A DNA stretch of 64,000 bases from Alphaproteobacteria bacterium (GCA_965216755.1 CBDCGL010000011.1:2848001-2912000), one strand, 5' to 3'; counted from the first letter of the stretch, positions 40,233 through 49,059 are shown. Notes: generated by a model from the sequence alone, not told the origin. A program made the numbers and translations.

Positions 40233-41480
40233 ATGGACACTTCCCCGAAAAAACCAACCGTTGCCGCGGCGGACGCGCGGCCGAGCCGGCGTGCGTTCTT
40301 GACCGCGGCCGCGGCGAGCGCGGGTGGCGCGGCGGCGGCCGTGACAACGCCAACCGCCGCCCCGGCCCAAAGCTATGGCGGCGGTCACGGGTCGATGATG
40401 TTTCTGCCGGGTCACAGCATGATCGGCGCCACATCATCGCCGCCGGGCGCGCCCGCCGATGATGCGGTGAACTATCGGGAGTTCGACATCAGCTTCGACA
40501 TCATGGAACACGAGCTGGTGCCGCGCGTGACGTTTCCAGTGTTTGCGTTCAACGGCCAAGTGCCGGGGCCGGTTTTCCGAGTCAACGAATATGACTGGGT
40601 CAAGGTGAACGCGACCAACAAAACCGAAGTGATGCATACCATTCATTGGCACGGTATTGATTTGATCTACACAATGGACGGTGTGCCCATGGTCACGCAA
40701 GACCCGATCCATCCCGAAGAAACCTTTGTGTATCGATTTCAGGCGCGCCCTGCCGGCACACGATTCTACCACTGCCACTGGTCGACGCCGATGCACATGA
40801 TGTCGGCGCTACACGGCGCGTTCATCATCGATTCACCAGACGATCCGATTCGCGAAGCCTTCCCATATCAACGCGACTATGTGCTGGTGCTGGAGAGCTT
40901 CGACACGGTGTTCTCACGCAATCACATGAATGCAGCATTGGCCGGCATGAAACGTGTCAACAAACTGATGGCGATGGGCCAGTTGGACCCGGCCACGCAT
41001 GGCTTTTTTCGCGACTATGGCGAATTTGTCGCCGCCATCGATGCCGGATTTCGCCCGCCCTATGGCGCCGGTAACGCGGAACGGGTGCGGCCCGACCCCA
41101 ACTTTTTCGCCATCAACGGAAAATCCTATCCCGCGACTGAGAAAATCGGCATTCGCAAGGGTGAATATATTCGCGTGCGCCTGATCAATGGCGGCGTTTT
41201 GACGCACCATATGCACCTGCACGGCCATCAGTTCTGGCAAGTCGCCGAAGACGGCAACACCCTGCCCCAGCCGATTCGGCTCAACACCATCGCCGTGGGT
41301 CCCGGCAAGACCCATGACATCATCATCTACGGCGACAATCCGGGCTATTGGACCTTTCACGATCATGACGTGCGGCGGGTGACCAACAATGGCGTCTATC
41401 CCGGCGGCATGTTGACCGTGCTGGTCTATGAAGACCTCGACAATCCGCCCTATGTGCCATCGATTGCAATCAATGAGTAG
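40233..41480 (+). CDS. Tat-exported two-domain multicopper oxidase
   Basis: SRRAFL Tat motif; HTIHWHG, YHCHWSTPMH, HHMHLHGH and FHDH copper motifs. Confidence 0.92.
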   Translation: MDTSPKKPTVAAADARPSRRAFLTAAAASAGGAAAAVTTPTAAPAQSYGGGHGSMMFLPGHSMIGATSSPPGAPADDAVNYREFDISFDIMEHELVPRVTFPVFAFNGQVPGPVFRVNEYDWVKVNATNKTEVMHTIHWHGIDLIYTMDGVPMVTQDPIHPEETFVYRFQARPAGTRFYHCHWSTPMHMMSALHGAFIIDSPDDPIREAFPYQRDYVLVLESFDTVFSRNHMNAALAGMKRVNKLMAMGQLDPATHGFFRDYGEFVAAIDAGFRPPYGAGNAERVRPDPNFFAINGKSYPATEKIGIRKGEYIRVRLINGGVLTHHMHLHGHQFWQVAEDGNTLPQPIRLNTIAVGPGKTHDIIIYGDNPGYWTFHDHDVRRVTNNGVYPGGMLTVLVYEDLDNPPYVPSIAINE

Positions 41481-41484
41481 ACTT

Positions 41485-42735
41485 ATGAATATTCAACATG
41501 TCAAATCATTGGCACTGGCCGGCGCCGTGCTGACAAGCGCAGGCGGCGCACTCGCGCTAGAGGTCGATCCGCCCGTACTGCCGGAAATCAATATCGGCGG
41601 GCGCGCGGTCGCGACAGTCAACATGTTCAACAAGGATCAAATTGCCGGTGGCGACGACGACGGCACGGAATTTGAAATTGCCGATTCCAGCTTGCTGCTG
41701 GGCTTTGCCAAGCACCTCTACAACGACGTCGACTTCGGTTTCGCCAATATCGGCATCAAGTTGCCGGAAGACGACAGCGACCTGCGCGACGACATCTTCA
41801 TCCATGAGCTGAATTTGGGGGTGGGAGCGCCATCTTGGGAAGCCAAACTTGGGCGCAGCCGTCTGCCCAACACGCTGATCCAGTTTCCGACCGTTCGCGA
41901 CGACGATCTCCTGGACTACACCCATGTGCTTAACGGGTCGTCCAACGCGGAAGCCGAGGAAGACGTGATCTATGGCGGCTTGCTGGCGGGCCGCTATTTT
42001 TTGACCGACTCGCGCGTGGCGCTGTCAGCTGCTCTGACCGCACGCACCGAAACACGCGCGACAGCATTGTCCGACACAGACCGGCAAGCGCGCTTCAATC
42101 TGAACGGACTGAGCGTTGGCGCCGCCTATGACGTGCCCGAAGACCTGAAATTCGATCGCGGTTTGCGCTTTGCCGGCATCACCGTGGATGCGCAGCGCGT
42201 CGAGAACACCAACGGCATCGGCAAAACCAACATTGCCGCGCTGATCGCGGGCGCGACCTATAATCTGAGTGAAAACCCCGAGCAAAGCTGGGCGGTCGAC
42301 GCGCAGGCGATTTACAGTTTCGGCGACAGCGTGCCGTCTTTGGCCGGGCATCTATTTCGCGCCCGGGCCGAAAGCGTCGCCGTGGTGGGCGCCGTGCGCT
42401 ATGCCAGTCGGCCGTTCCTGCAAACTCGTTGGCAAGCGGCACTGACCGTGGCCTATAAAGACTACACGGATTTCGACGACGCGGGATCGTTCGCGCTGGC
42501 CCCCAGTTTCGCCTGGCGGCTGGGCAGTGGTGTCGAACTGGTCGCCCAATATCGCTATCGCGTCAATGGCGACCGGCTGGCCGCCGATACCGGGCTTGAC
42601 AGCGACCACACGATCTTGATCGGCGGCACCTTTGCGTTTGACTATACTTTGAACGAATCGGTGAGCCAACGCGGTTCCATTTTGAGCTTGGAACACGACA
42701 TGCTCGATATTGGACCGATTGGAGGAGGACATTGA
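41485..42735 (+). CDS. putative outer-membrane beta-barrel protein
   Basis: Sec signal peptide, many alternating amphipathic strands (FAWRLGSGVELVAQYRY, ILIGGTFAFDY) and Asp-rich loops. Confidence 0.6.
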   Translation: MNIQHVKSLALAGAVLTSAGGALALEVDPPVLPEINIGGRAVATVNMFNKDQIAGGDDDGTEFEIADSSLLLGFAKHLYNDVDFGFANIGIKLPEDDSDLRDDIFIHELNLGVGAPSWEAKLGRSRLPNTLIQFPTVRDDDLLDYTHVLNGSSNAEAEEDVIYGGLLAGRYFLTDSRVALSAALTARTETRATALSDTDRQARFNLNGLSVGAAYDVPEDLKFDRGLRFAGITVDAQRVENTNGIGKTNIAALIAGATYNLSENPEQSWAVDAQAIYSFGDSVPSLAGHLFRARAESVAVVGAVRYASRPFLQTRWQAALTVAYKDYTDFDDAGSFALAPSFAWRLGSGVELVAQYRYRVNGDRLAADTGLDSDHTILIGGTFAFDYTLNESVSQRGSILSLEHDMLDIGPIGGGH

Positions 42736-43367
42736 TGAACTTGCATTGGATCATGGCCGCGGCCGTGAGTGGCGGTGTTCTGGCGGCCGTGATGCTCGCC
42801 CAGACAAGCCGGGCGGACGACCAAGACATGGATCACGGCGAGCATGGCGGCATGCACGAAATGGCGGACGACGCGGTGACGGCGGTCGGGGTGCTGCATC
42901 ATGTCGACGTGGACGGGCGGATGGTCAATCTGACCCACGAGCCGATCGCCGATATCGGCTGGCCGCAAATGACCATGGACATGGCGGTCTCCGACAAAGT
43001 TGATCTGAACATGCTGGGCGCCGACACGAAAGTTGATTTCACCCTGACCAAAGGACCAGACGGGATCTATATGATCGATACCATGCGGCCCGCCGGCGAT
43101 CACATGATGGACGGTGACGACATGGGTGCCCATCACGGTGACGAAGGTGCCGCCATCACGCCAACGGAATCCTGGGCTTACACGGGGCGTGAAGCGGTTG
43201 CCGCGCGTGATGACGCCCATTGGGAAATGGTTCCCGGCAATGCCGGTGGCCAGGAATGGGTTGCAGCCGGCGTGCTGGATGGCAGCGCGCGGTGTGCCGC
43301 ATTGGCCGACAATCCGGCGGTGATGGTTGACCGCGCCACGCAGCAAATGTGTGCGGCGAACAATTAA
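42732..43367 (+). CDS. CusF-like periplasmic Cu(I)/Ag(I)-binding protein with His/Met-rich linkers and an extra C-terminal domain
   Basis: VNLTHEPIADIGWPQMTMD (CusF H-W-MxM site); MDHGEHGGMHEM. Confidence 0.88.
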   Translation: MMNLHWIMAAAVSGGVLAAVMLAQTSRADDQDMDHGEHGGMHEMADDAVTAVGVLHHVDVDGRMVNLTHEPIADIGWPQMTMDMAVSDKVDLNMLGADTKVDFTLTKGPDGIYMIDTMRPAGDHMMDGDDMGAHHGDEGAAITPTESWAYTGREAVAARDDAHWEMVPGNAGGQEWVAAGVLDGSARCAALADNPAVMVDRATQQMCAANN

Positions 43368-43452
43368 AGATCTGTTGCCTCTTTTGAAGTTCCGACATCA
43401 AATTACGTGATGAGCAAGAGTGCACAACCGGAACCGAAGGGAGAACAGGAAC

Positions 43453-44076
43453 ATGAAAGCAAGCCATCTATTGCGCGGTATTTTGGTCAGCGCCTGGTCC
43501 ATGACCGGTTTCGGGATCGCCTTGGCCCAGGACTCGACCGACAGCGCGCAATCCGGTGCGGGCGACATGCCGATGGCGCACCACGGCGGTGCAGACAGCC
43601 GATCGAAAGCAACCGGCGGGATGCAAATGCAGGGTGGTGGTGGCCACATGATGAGGGGCGACAGTCCGGGCGGCATGATGGCGCATCACCAAGCCATGAT
43701 GGGCAGTGGTGCCCCGACGGTTGTGATCAACATCTATCCCGGCGGCGGCGTGTCCATGCAACAGATGCCGATGGCGGGGCGACACGGTGGCAGCGGCCCC
43801 ATGGGGGGCATGATGGGTCAAATGGGCCATGGCCGCATGATGAGCCACGGCGGAATGATGGAAGAGAGCGCGCAGCACGATCCCGTCACGGTCGATAGCG
43901 TTCGTGAACGGTTGACGGCGCGTCTCGGTGCGATGCCACAACACGGCCATCACGTCGGCGAGATCACCGCGTTGGACGATGATTTGATCAACGCCGAAAT
44001 TGTCGACGATGACGGTGCCGTCGTGCGGCGGATCATTTTTAACCGCCATACCGGCGAATCGATGCGGGTGCGCTGA
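43453..44076 (+). CDS. secreted Met/Gly/His-rich protein with PepSY-like C-terminal domain
   Basis: Signal peptide; GGMQMQGGGGHMM and MGGMMGQMGHGRMMSHGGMM tracts; C-terminal EIVDDDGAVVRRIIFNRHTG. Confidence 0.75.
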   Translation: MKASHLLRGILVSAWSMTGFGIALAQDSTDSAQSGAGDMPMAHHGGADSRSKATGGMQMQGGGGHMMRGDSPGGMMAHHQAMMGSGAPTVVINIYPGGGVSMQQMPMAGRHGGSGPMGGMMGQMGHGRMMSHGGMMEESAQHDPVTVDSVRERLTARLGAMPQHGHHVGEITALDDDLINAEIVDDDGAVVRRIIFNRHTGESMRVR

Positions 44077-44098
44077 TTGCCTGGCAGGGTCGTTTGAC

Positions 44099-44359
44099 AT
44101 GGCTGATGGGACGGACCCGGTCTTTTGGCATATGCCCCCAGGTTGGGGATGGGGCATGACGGCGATGCATGGCTTCGGTTGGTTGTTCTTTTTGCTGATC
44201 GTCGTCGTGCTGGTATTGATGGTCGCCCGCGCAGCCGGCGGCCCCAGCCCGCTAGGCGGGACCAAGACCAAGTCGGCGCGAGACATTTTGGACGCGCGTT
44301 ACGCCGCCGGTGAGATCGATCGATCTGAGTATCTCGAGAAAAAGAAAGATCTCACCTGA
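44099..44359 (+). CDS. SHOCT-domain small membrane protein
   Basis: One TM helix followed by ARDILDARYAAGEIDRSEYLEKKKDL. Confidence 0.85.
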   Translation: MADGTDPVFWHMPPGWGWGMTAMHGFGWLFFLLIVVVLVLMVARAAGGPSPLGGTKTKSARDILDARYAAGEIDRSEYLEKKKDLT

Positions 44360-44403
44360 AGCAGCCATGCCGCGCCAAGGCCAGTCCGGCGCCGACAGAA
44401 GGG

Positions 44404-45123
44404 GTGTTTGATATGTTCAACAAAACCGCCATCGTCCTTGCGCTTACCGCCGTGCCACTATGTGCGGCGGCGATAGCCCATGCACACAGCGTCGAGAAGG
44501 GCAGCGTGCAAGTCATCCATCCGTGGGCCGATCCGGCCACCACCGGCGACAGCCGCGCCTATCCGACGCTGTCCAATGAAGGCATGCAGCCGTTGGTGCT
44601 GACCGGTGCCGAGTCGCCCCTGTTTGACCATATCGATATTATCGTTGGCGGCATGACCGTTGCGCAGCTCACCATTCCAGCTGAAGATGTCGTCAACTTG
44701 GATTCAGCGGACAGTCATTTGCGCCTGGTCGGCGTGCAATCGCCCCTGCAAGAAGGCGGTCATTTTCCCATGACCCTGAATTTTGAAAACCATGAACCGG
44801 TGGCGGTGGATGTGGTGATTGGCGAATTAACAGCTATGCCCACGGCCGTGCCGGCTGATCAAGCAGCGGTCAACCTGACCCACGCGCCCATCGCAGCGAT
44901 CGGCTGGCCGCAAATGACCATGGATTTGCCGCTGCTAAAGTCCGCCGATGCGACTGGGTTGGCCGCCGGTGACAAAGTCTACTTCGAACTGGAAATGGGT
45001 GCGGACGGTTTTTATGCGATTTCGCGCATCGTGCCGTGGGACCAGCGGCCGGCAGCCGACGCCGATGACGCCATCTCTGGAACGGGTGTCGTCAACGGCT
45101 TGACGCCCCAGTCTGGATCCTAG
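44404..45123 (+). CDS. PCu(A)C-like domain fused to a CusF-like domain
   Basis: HAHS...IHPWA...AY.TLSNEG...LTGAESP...HLRLVG...HFPMTLNF (PCuAC fold), then VNLTHAPIAAIGWPQMTMD. Confidence 0.82.
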   Translation: MFDMFNKTAIVLALTAVPLCAAAIAHAHSVEKGSVQVIHPWADPATTGDSRAYPTLSNEGMQPLVLTGAESPLFDHIDIIVGGMTVAQLTIPAEDVVNLDSADSHLRLVGVQSPLQEGGHFPMTLNFENHEPVAVDVVIGELTAMPTAVPADQAAVNLTHAPIAAIGWPQMTMDLPLLKSADATGLAAGDKVYFELEMGADGFYAISRIVPWDQRPAADADDAISGTGVVNGLTPQSGS

Positions 45124-46259
45124 GCCGTGGCGGGAACCTGGGCGGTGTCGCTTTGCTTGGTCAGTTGCGCCAGCAAGTAGTCCACATCGTCGGCTTCGAT
45201 CTCGCCGTTATAGCGCGTCAAAATCGCTTCCAGCAGGCAGCGCTCATAGTGGGCACGGTCATACATGCCGAGGTCGATATCGGTGCTGTCCAAATAGTCG
45301 ATCGCGGTTTCGATCGCCGGCAACATGGCGCGTGGCAAGCGCGCCGCCAAGCATAACCCGCGCAGACCGCGCCGGCCGGCATCATGAGCCAGCTTTTGCG
45401 CGTTTTCGACCGGAATGCCGGCACGCTGCGCCGTGCTGACTTCGAAGAAACAAACGTCCGCCATGCACAAAGCACGCAATATGATGGAGGGTGTCAGACG
45501 GTCGTGATCATGAAGTTGCTTCACTAAGCGTTGCACTTCGGCCAATTCCGCATCGAGCGACAGCAAGCCAATCGTCGCCCGTTCGCGTGCCTGCAAGATC
45601 AGGTCGGTGGCCATGTCGCGGCCGATTTCATGGTGCACAACCAAATGGTCGCGCAAATGATCGGCAACCATCACCACAAGCCGTTCGGCGACCGTGACCG
45701 GCAGCGTGGTGCGATGGACCATACGATCCTTGACCTGGTCGTTTTCGCCATATTGGTCGAGCACACGCTGCATGGCGGGCTCGCTGATCTCAGCGCCGTC
45801 ATTGCCGACCAAAGTCGCCACTGCGGTATCGTCGCCGCTGTCGATCAGGACATCGGCCACCGCCGCCGACACTTGCCCGCGCCGGGCGATGGCTGTGCGC
45901 TTGGAGGAGCCTTGGTCCTGAACCAAGGCGATCAAGTCTGCGTCGGTCAGAGCCTGCGAAAATTCCAGCACCGGCAGCGCCACCGCGTCGACATCGCGGG
46001 CCAAAGCGACCGCCACATCATGGGGCATGTCCGCGCTGGTTTTAAGATGTTCGGAGAGGGTGCGGCGGACCCGCTCGGCCGTATCGCGCACCATGACCCG
46101 AAAGATGTCCTCGGCAATACGACGTTCCGAATCGCTGAGCCCGCCGGCGGAAAATGCCGTCGCGAGCTTTTCCGCCGTCGATTCGCGGTTTTGCGGCGAA
46201 TTCTCGTGCAGCAAGCGGTTTACATCATCATGGCTAAGGGGCACTGTCATCTGCGTCAC
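45120..46259 (-). CDS. DUF2336-family protein (SpbR-like)
   Basis: Helical repeat pattern LARDVDAVALPVLEFSQALTDADL...AIARR...LVGNDGAEIS typical of DUF2336. Confidence 0.85.
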   Translation of the reverse strand: MTQMTVPLSHDDVNRLLHENSPQNRESTAEKLATAFSAGGLSDSERRIAEDIFRVMVRDTAERVRRTLSEHLKTSADMPHDVAVALARDVDAVALPVLEFSQALTDADLIALVQDQGSSKRTAIARRGQVSAAVADVLIDSGDDTAVATLVGNDGAEISEPAMQRVLDQYGENDQVKDRMVHRTTLPVTVAERLVVMVADHLRDHLVVHHEIGRDMATDLILQARERATIGLLSLDAELAEVQRLVKQLHDHDRLTPSIILRALCMADVCFFEVSTAQRAGIPVENAQKLAHDAGRRGLRGLCLAARLPRAMLPAIETAIDYLDSTDIDLGMYDRAHYERCLLEAILTRYNGEIEADDVDYLLAQLTKQSDTAQVPATA

Positions 46260-46344
46260 GTCAGTTGATTGGGCCGCCGCCGGCGCATGAGTCAGCGTCC
46301 GGACAAAACATCTTCCGATACCCGATGCACGCTAGGTGGCGGCG

Positions 46345-46360
46345 GTTAACAGCTTGTTAA
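46345..46360 (-). promoter_or_regulatory. CtrA binding site
   Basis: Minus strand reads TTAA-CAAGCTG-TTAAC, a perfect TTAA-N7-TTAAC, upstream of the DUF2336 gene; GANTC site at 46289-46293. Confidence 0.75.
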
Positions 46361-46437
46361 TCTGCAGCCGGCACGAGATGCTTAACCGGCGAAAGCGTGA
46401 CGACGCGCACAAAAGACCATGGAAAGGCGGCCCGCCC

Positions 46438-47268
46438 ATGCAAAACTTTGTTGTTTATCAGTCTCTTTGGGCCATGGAGCGGCGGCGCCCGGACGGCCTG
46501 GAATGGTCGTTGGACGAGAAATTGACGATGATCCGCGATGCTGGGTTCGATGGCGCCGGCGTGCGTTTTGCCGACTACGACTATGCCAAGCAGGTCACCG
46601 ATTTTCTGCGCGCCCACGACATGACCTGGCAAGCGCAATGTTATCCGCAGTCGGTCGACGACCTGAAGCCGATCATTGAACATGTCCAGGAGCTGGGCGC
46701 CGATCACATCAATCTGCAACCCAATGTGCGGCCGTATACGCTCGAAGAATGCATTCCCTATCTCGATGGCTGGCAGCGATTGGCGGCGGATGCGGGGCTT
46801 GCGCTCCATATCGAAACCCATCGCGACCGCATGACCACAGATTTGTATTTCACCCTGCATTTGCTCGACTGTTTTCCGGATCTCAAGCTGACCGGGGATC
46901 TATCCCACTATGTGGTCGGCCGCGAGTTCGCCTGGCCGATCGACGAGACCAACCAGGCCCTGATGCTACGGATCATTGACAATTGCTGGGGCTTTCATGG
47001 CCGCGTGGCCAGCCGTGAACAAGTACAGATCCAGATCGAATTCGCCCAGCATCAGGATTGGGTCGATCTGTTCATGGGCTGGTGGGACTACGGCATCCGT
47101 TCTTGGCGGCGGCGCGCGCCCGACGACGCGACGCTGACCTTCTTATGTGAGCTTGGCCCGCCCGAATATGCCATCACCGGCGCCGACGGCTATGAGCTGT
47201 CGGATCGCTGGCATGAAGCACAAATCCTGAAAGACCGTGTGCGCGCGCTGTGGGCGGCTTCGGGTTAG
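46438..47268 (+). CDS. xylose isomerase-like TIM-barrel protein (sugar phosphate isomerase/epimerase family)
   Basis: IETHRDR, GDLSHY, FHGRVA and CELGPPEY motifs. Confidence 0.82.
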   Translation: MQNFVVYQSLWAMERRRPDGLEWSLDEKLTMIRDAGFDGAGVRFADYDYAKQVTDFLRAHDMTWQAQCYPQSVDDLKPIIEHVQELGADHINLQPNVRPYTLEECIPYLDGWQRLAADAGLALHIETHRDRMTTDLYFTLHLLDCFPDLKLTGDLSHYVVGREFAWPIDETNQALMLRIIDNCWGFHGRVASREQVQIQIEFAQHQDWVDLFMGWWDYGIRSWRRRAPDDATLTFLCELGPPEYAITGADGYELSDRWHEAQILKDRVRALWAASG

Positions 47269-47278
47269 CGAGATCAAG

Positions 47279-47327
47279 CTTCGATCGAACAGAATCGTTT
47301 GAACGAAGATAAGTTGATCGATATCAA
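47279..47327. other. imperfect hairpin plus FNR-consensus palindrome between convergent genes
   Basis: CTTCGATCGAAC-N6-GTTTGAACGAAG stem; TTGATCGATATCAA at 47314-47327. Confidence 0.45.
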
Positions 47328-47371
47328 AAGGATGGAGCATGACACGCGATCGTAGGCGAGCGTGAAACGCG

Positions 47372-47914
47372 CTAGCAACGCGGATATTTCTTCATGCCCG
47401 GCGGCAGAATTGCGCCACAGCTATAGGCGTCGTGGATAAAGGCCCCCGTCAAACTCGTTTCGGTGAAGTCGAGCCCCTGAATATGGGCGCCGACCAAATT
47501 CACGTCGGTCATGTCAGCACCCGCGATCACGGCGCCAACCAATATAGCGTTGGCCAGGGTCGCGCGGACCAAGCTGGCGGCGGTCAGATCTGCGCCGGTC
47601 AAGTCGGCGCCAAACAAATTGGCACCATCAAGACGCACCCCCGAAAGGTCTGCGCCGACCAAGCGCGCCCCTTGAAGCTTCGCTTTGGACAGGTCGGCAC
47701 CGGCAAGTTTGGCACCGGTCAAATCGGCGTGAGACAGCCGCGCACCGGCTAGATCGCACGCCGTGCAATGCACGGGCTGTTGCGCGGCCAGCGCCCGCGT
47801 CACGCGCTCTGTGTCGGGCGCGTCGGCGCCGGCCGGCGCACCGCCTGAAGCAATGAACAGCAGCACCAGGCCGAACACGGCACGTCGTTGCGAACTTTTG
47901 CGACACGTGTCCAT
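47372..47914 (-). CDS. secreted pentapeptide-repeat protein
   Basis: Signal-like hydrophobic stretch, CTACDL, then A(D/N)LxG repeats (ADLTGAKLAGADLSKAKL...). Start is an estimate. Confidence 0.88.
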   Translation of the reverse strand: MDTCRKSSQRRAVFGLVLLFIASGGAPAGADAPDTERVTRALAAQQPVHCTACDLAGARLSHADLTGAKLAGADLSKAKLQGARLVGADLSGVRLDGANLFGADLTGADLTAASLVRATLANAILVGAVIAGADMTDVNLVGAHIQGLDFTETSLTGAFIHDAYSCGAILPPGMKKYPRC

Positions 47915-47960
47915 CGCCCAGTATTGTACATGGACCACGAACACCACGCGGGAGGACACG

Positions 47961-49037
47961 ATGAAACGACGTTCCTTCTTGGCCGGCACGGCCGCCGCGA
48001 CCGCCGGAGCGCTCGCCGCACCGGCGATCGCCCAAGGCTTGACCCAATGGAAGATGCTTACCCTGTGGCCACGCGGCTTTCCCGGCCTCGGCACCAGCTC
48101 GGCGCGATTGGCCGCGGCCGTAAACACCATGTCGGACGGTCGCCTGACGATCAAAATCTACAGTGCCGGCGAGCTGGTCCCGGCTTACGAAACTTTCGAC
48201 GCCGTACGCGGAGGCACGGCCGAATGCGCCCATGAGGCGCCCTATATCTGGACCGGCAAACACCCCGCCATGGCCTTTTTCTGTTCGGTACCGGGCGGGC
48301 TCGCGCCGCAAGAACACAATGCCTGGATTTACCATGGCGGCGGCCAAGCCCTATGGGACGAGCTTTATGGCGCCTTTGGTCTGCGATCTTTCCTGGCTGG
48401 CAACAGCAGCGCCAATATGGGTGGCTGGTACCGCAAACCCATCGACAGCGTCGACGACTTTAGGGGCCTCAAAATGCGCATCCCGGGGTTGGGCGCCGAG
48501 GTTTTGACGCGGCTGGGGGCCACCACCGTCAACCTGTCAGGCGGCGAAATCGTGCCGGCGCTGCAAACCGGCACGATCGACGCGGCGGAATGGATCGCGC
48601 CCTATGCCGACCTGGCGTTCGGGTTTCACAAGGTCGCGGACTATTACTATGGACCCGGGGTGCACGAACCGGGCCCCGCCGCCGCGTTCACGGTCAATCT
48701 GGCCGCCTACCAGGCGTTGCCGCCCGACTTGCAGGCGATCTTGCGCCAAGCGGCGGCCGCCGAGGTCGGGCAAATGCATGCCGAGATGCTGGCCGGCAAC
48801 GCCGTGGCCTTGGAAACGCTGATTGCGCGCCATGGGGTCGACGTGCGCCATTTCTCAGACGACATCATTCGCCGTCTGCACCAGGTGTCCGCCGACGTGG
48901 TCGCCGACGTCGCGCAGGAAGATGATCTGGCCCGGCGGATCGGCGCGAATTGGTCCAGTTTCCGCAAAAAAGCCATGGCGTTTGCCCCCTATAGCGGCCA
49001 TGGCTACATCGTCGGACGCGCCTTGGCCACATCGTAA
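47961..49037 (+). CDS. TRAP transporter substrate-binding protein (DctP/TakP-like, Tat signal)
   Basis: MKRRSFL start; SDGRLTIKIYSAGELV, MGGWYRKPI, GLKMRIPGLG and GTIDAAEW motifs. Confidence 0.92.
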   Translation: MKRRSFLAGTAAATAGALAAPAIAQGLTQWKMLTLWPRGFPGLGTSSARLAAAVNTMSDGRLTIKIYSAGELVPAYETFDAVRGGTAECAHEAPYIWTGKHPAMAFFCSVPGGLAPQEHNAWIYHGGGQALWDELYGAFGLRSFLAGNSSANMGGWYRKPIDSVDDFRGLKMRIPGLGAEVLTRLGATTVNLSGGEIVPALQTGTIDAAEWIAPYADLAFGFHKVADYYYGPGVHEPGPAAAFTVNLAAYQALPPDLQAILRQAAAAEVGQMHAEMLAGNAVALETLIARHGVDVRHFSDDIIRRLHQVSADVVADVAQEDDLARRIGANWSSFRKKAMAFAPYSGHGYIVGRALATS

Positions 49038-49059
49038 CCAACAGCATCACGGAGCCTCC

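Noticed and set aside
47400-47760. 15-bp periodic DNA resembling a repeat array
   Set aside because: Explained by the pentapeptide-repeat coding sequence; no CRISPR-like repeat-spacer structure.
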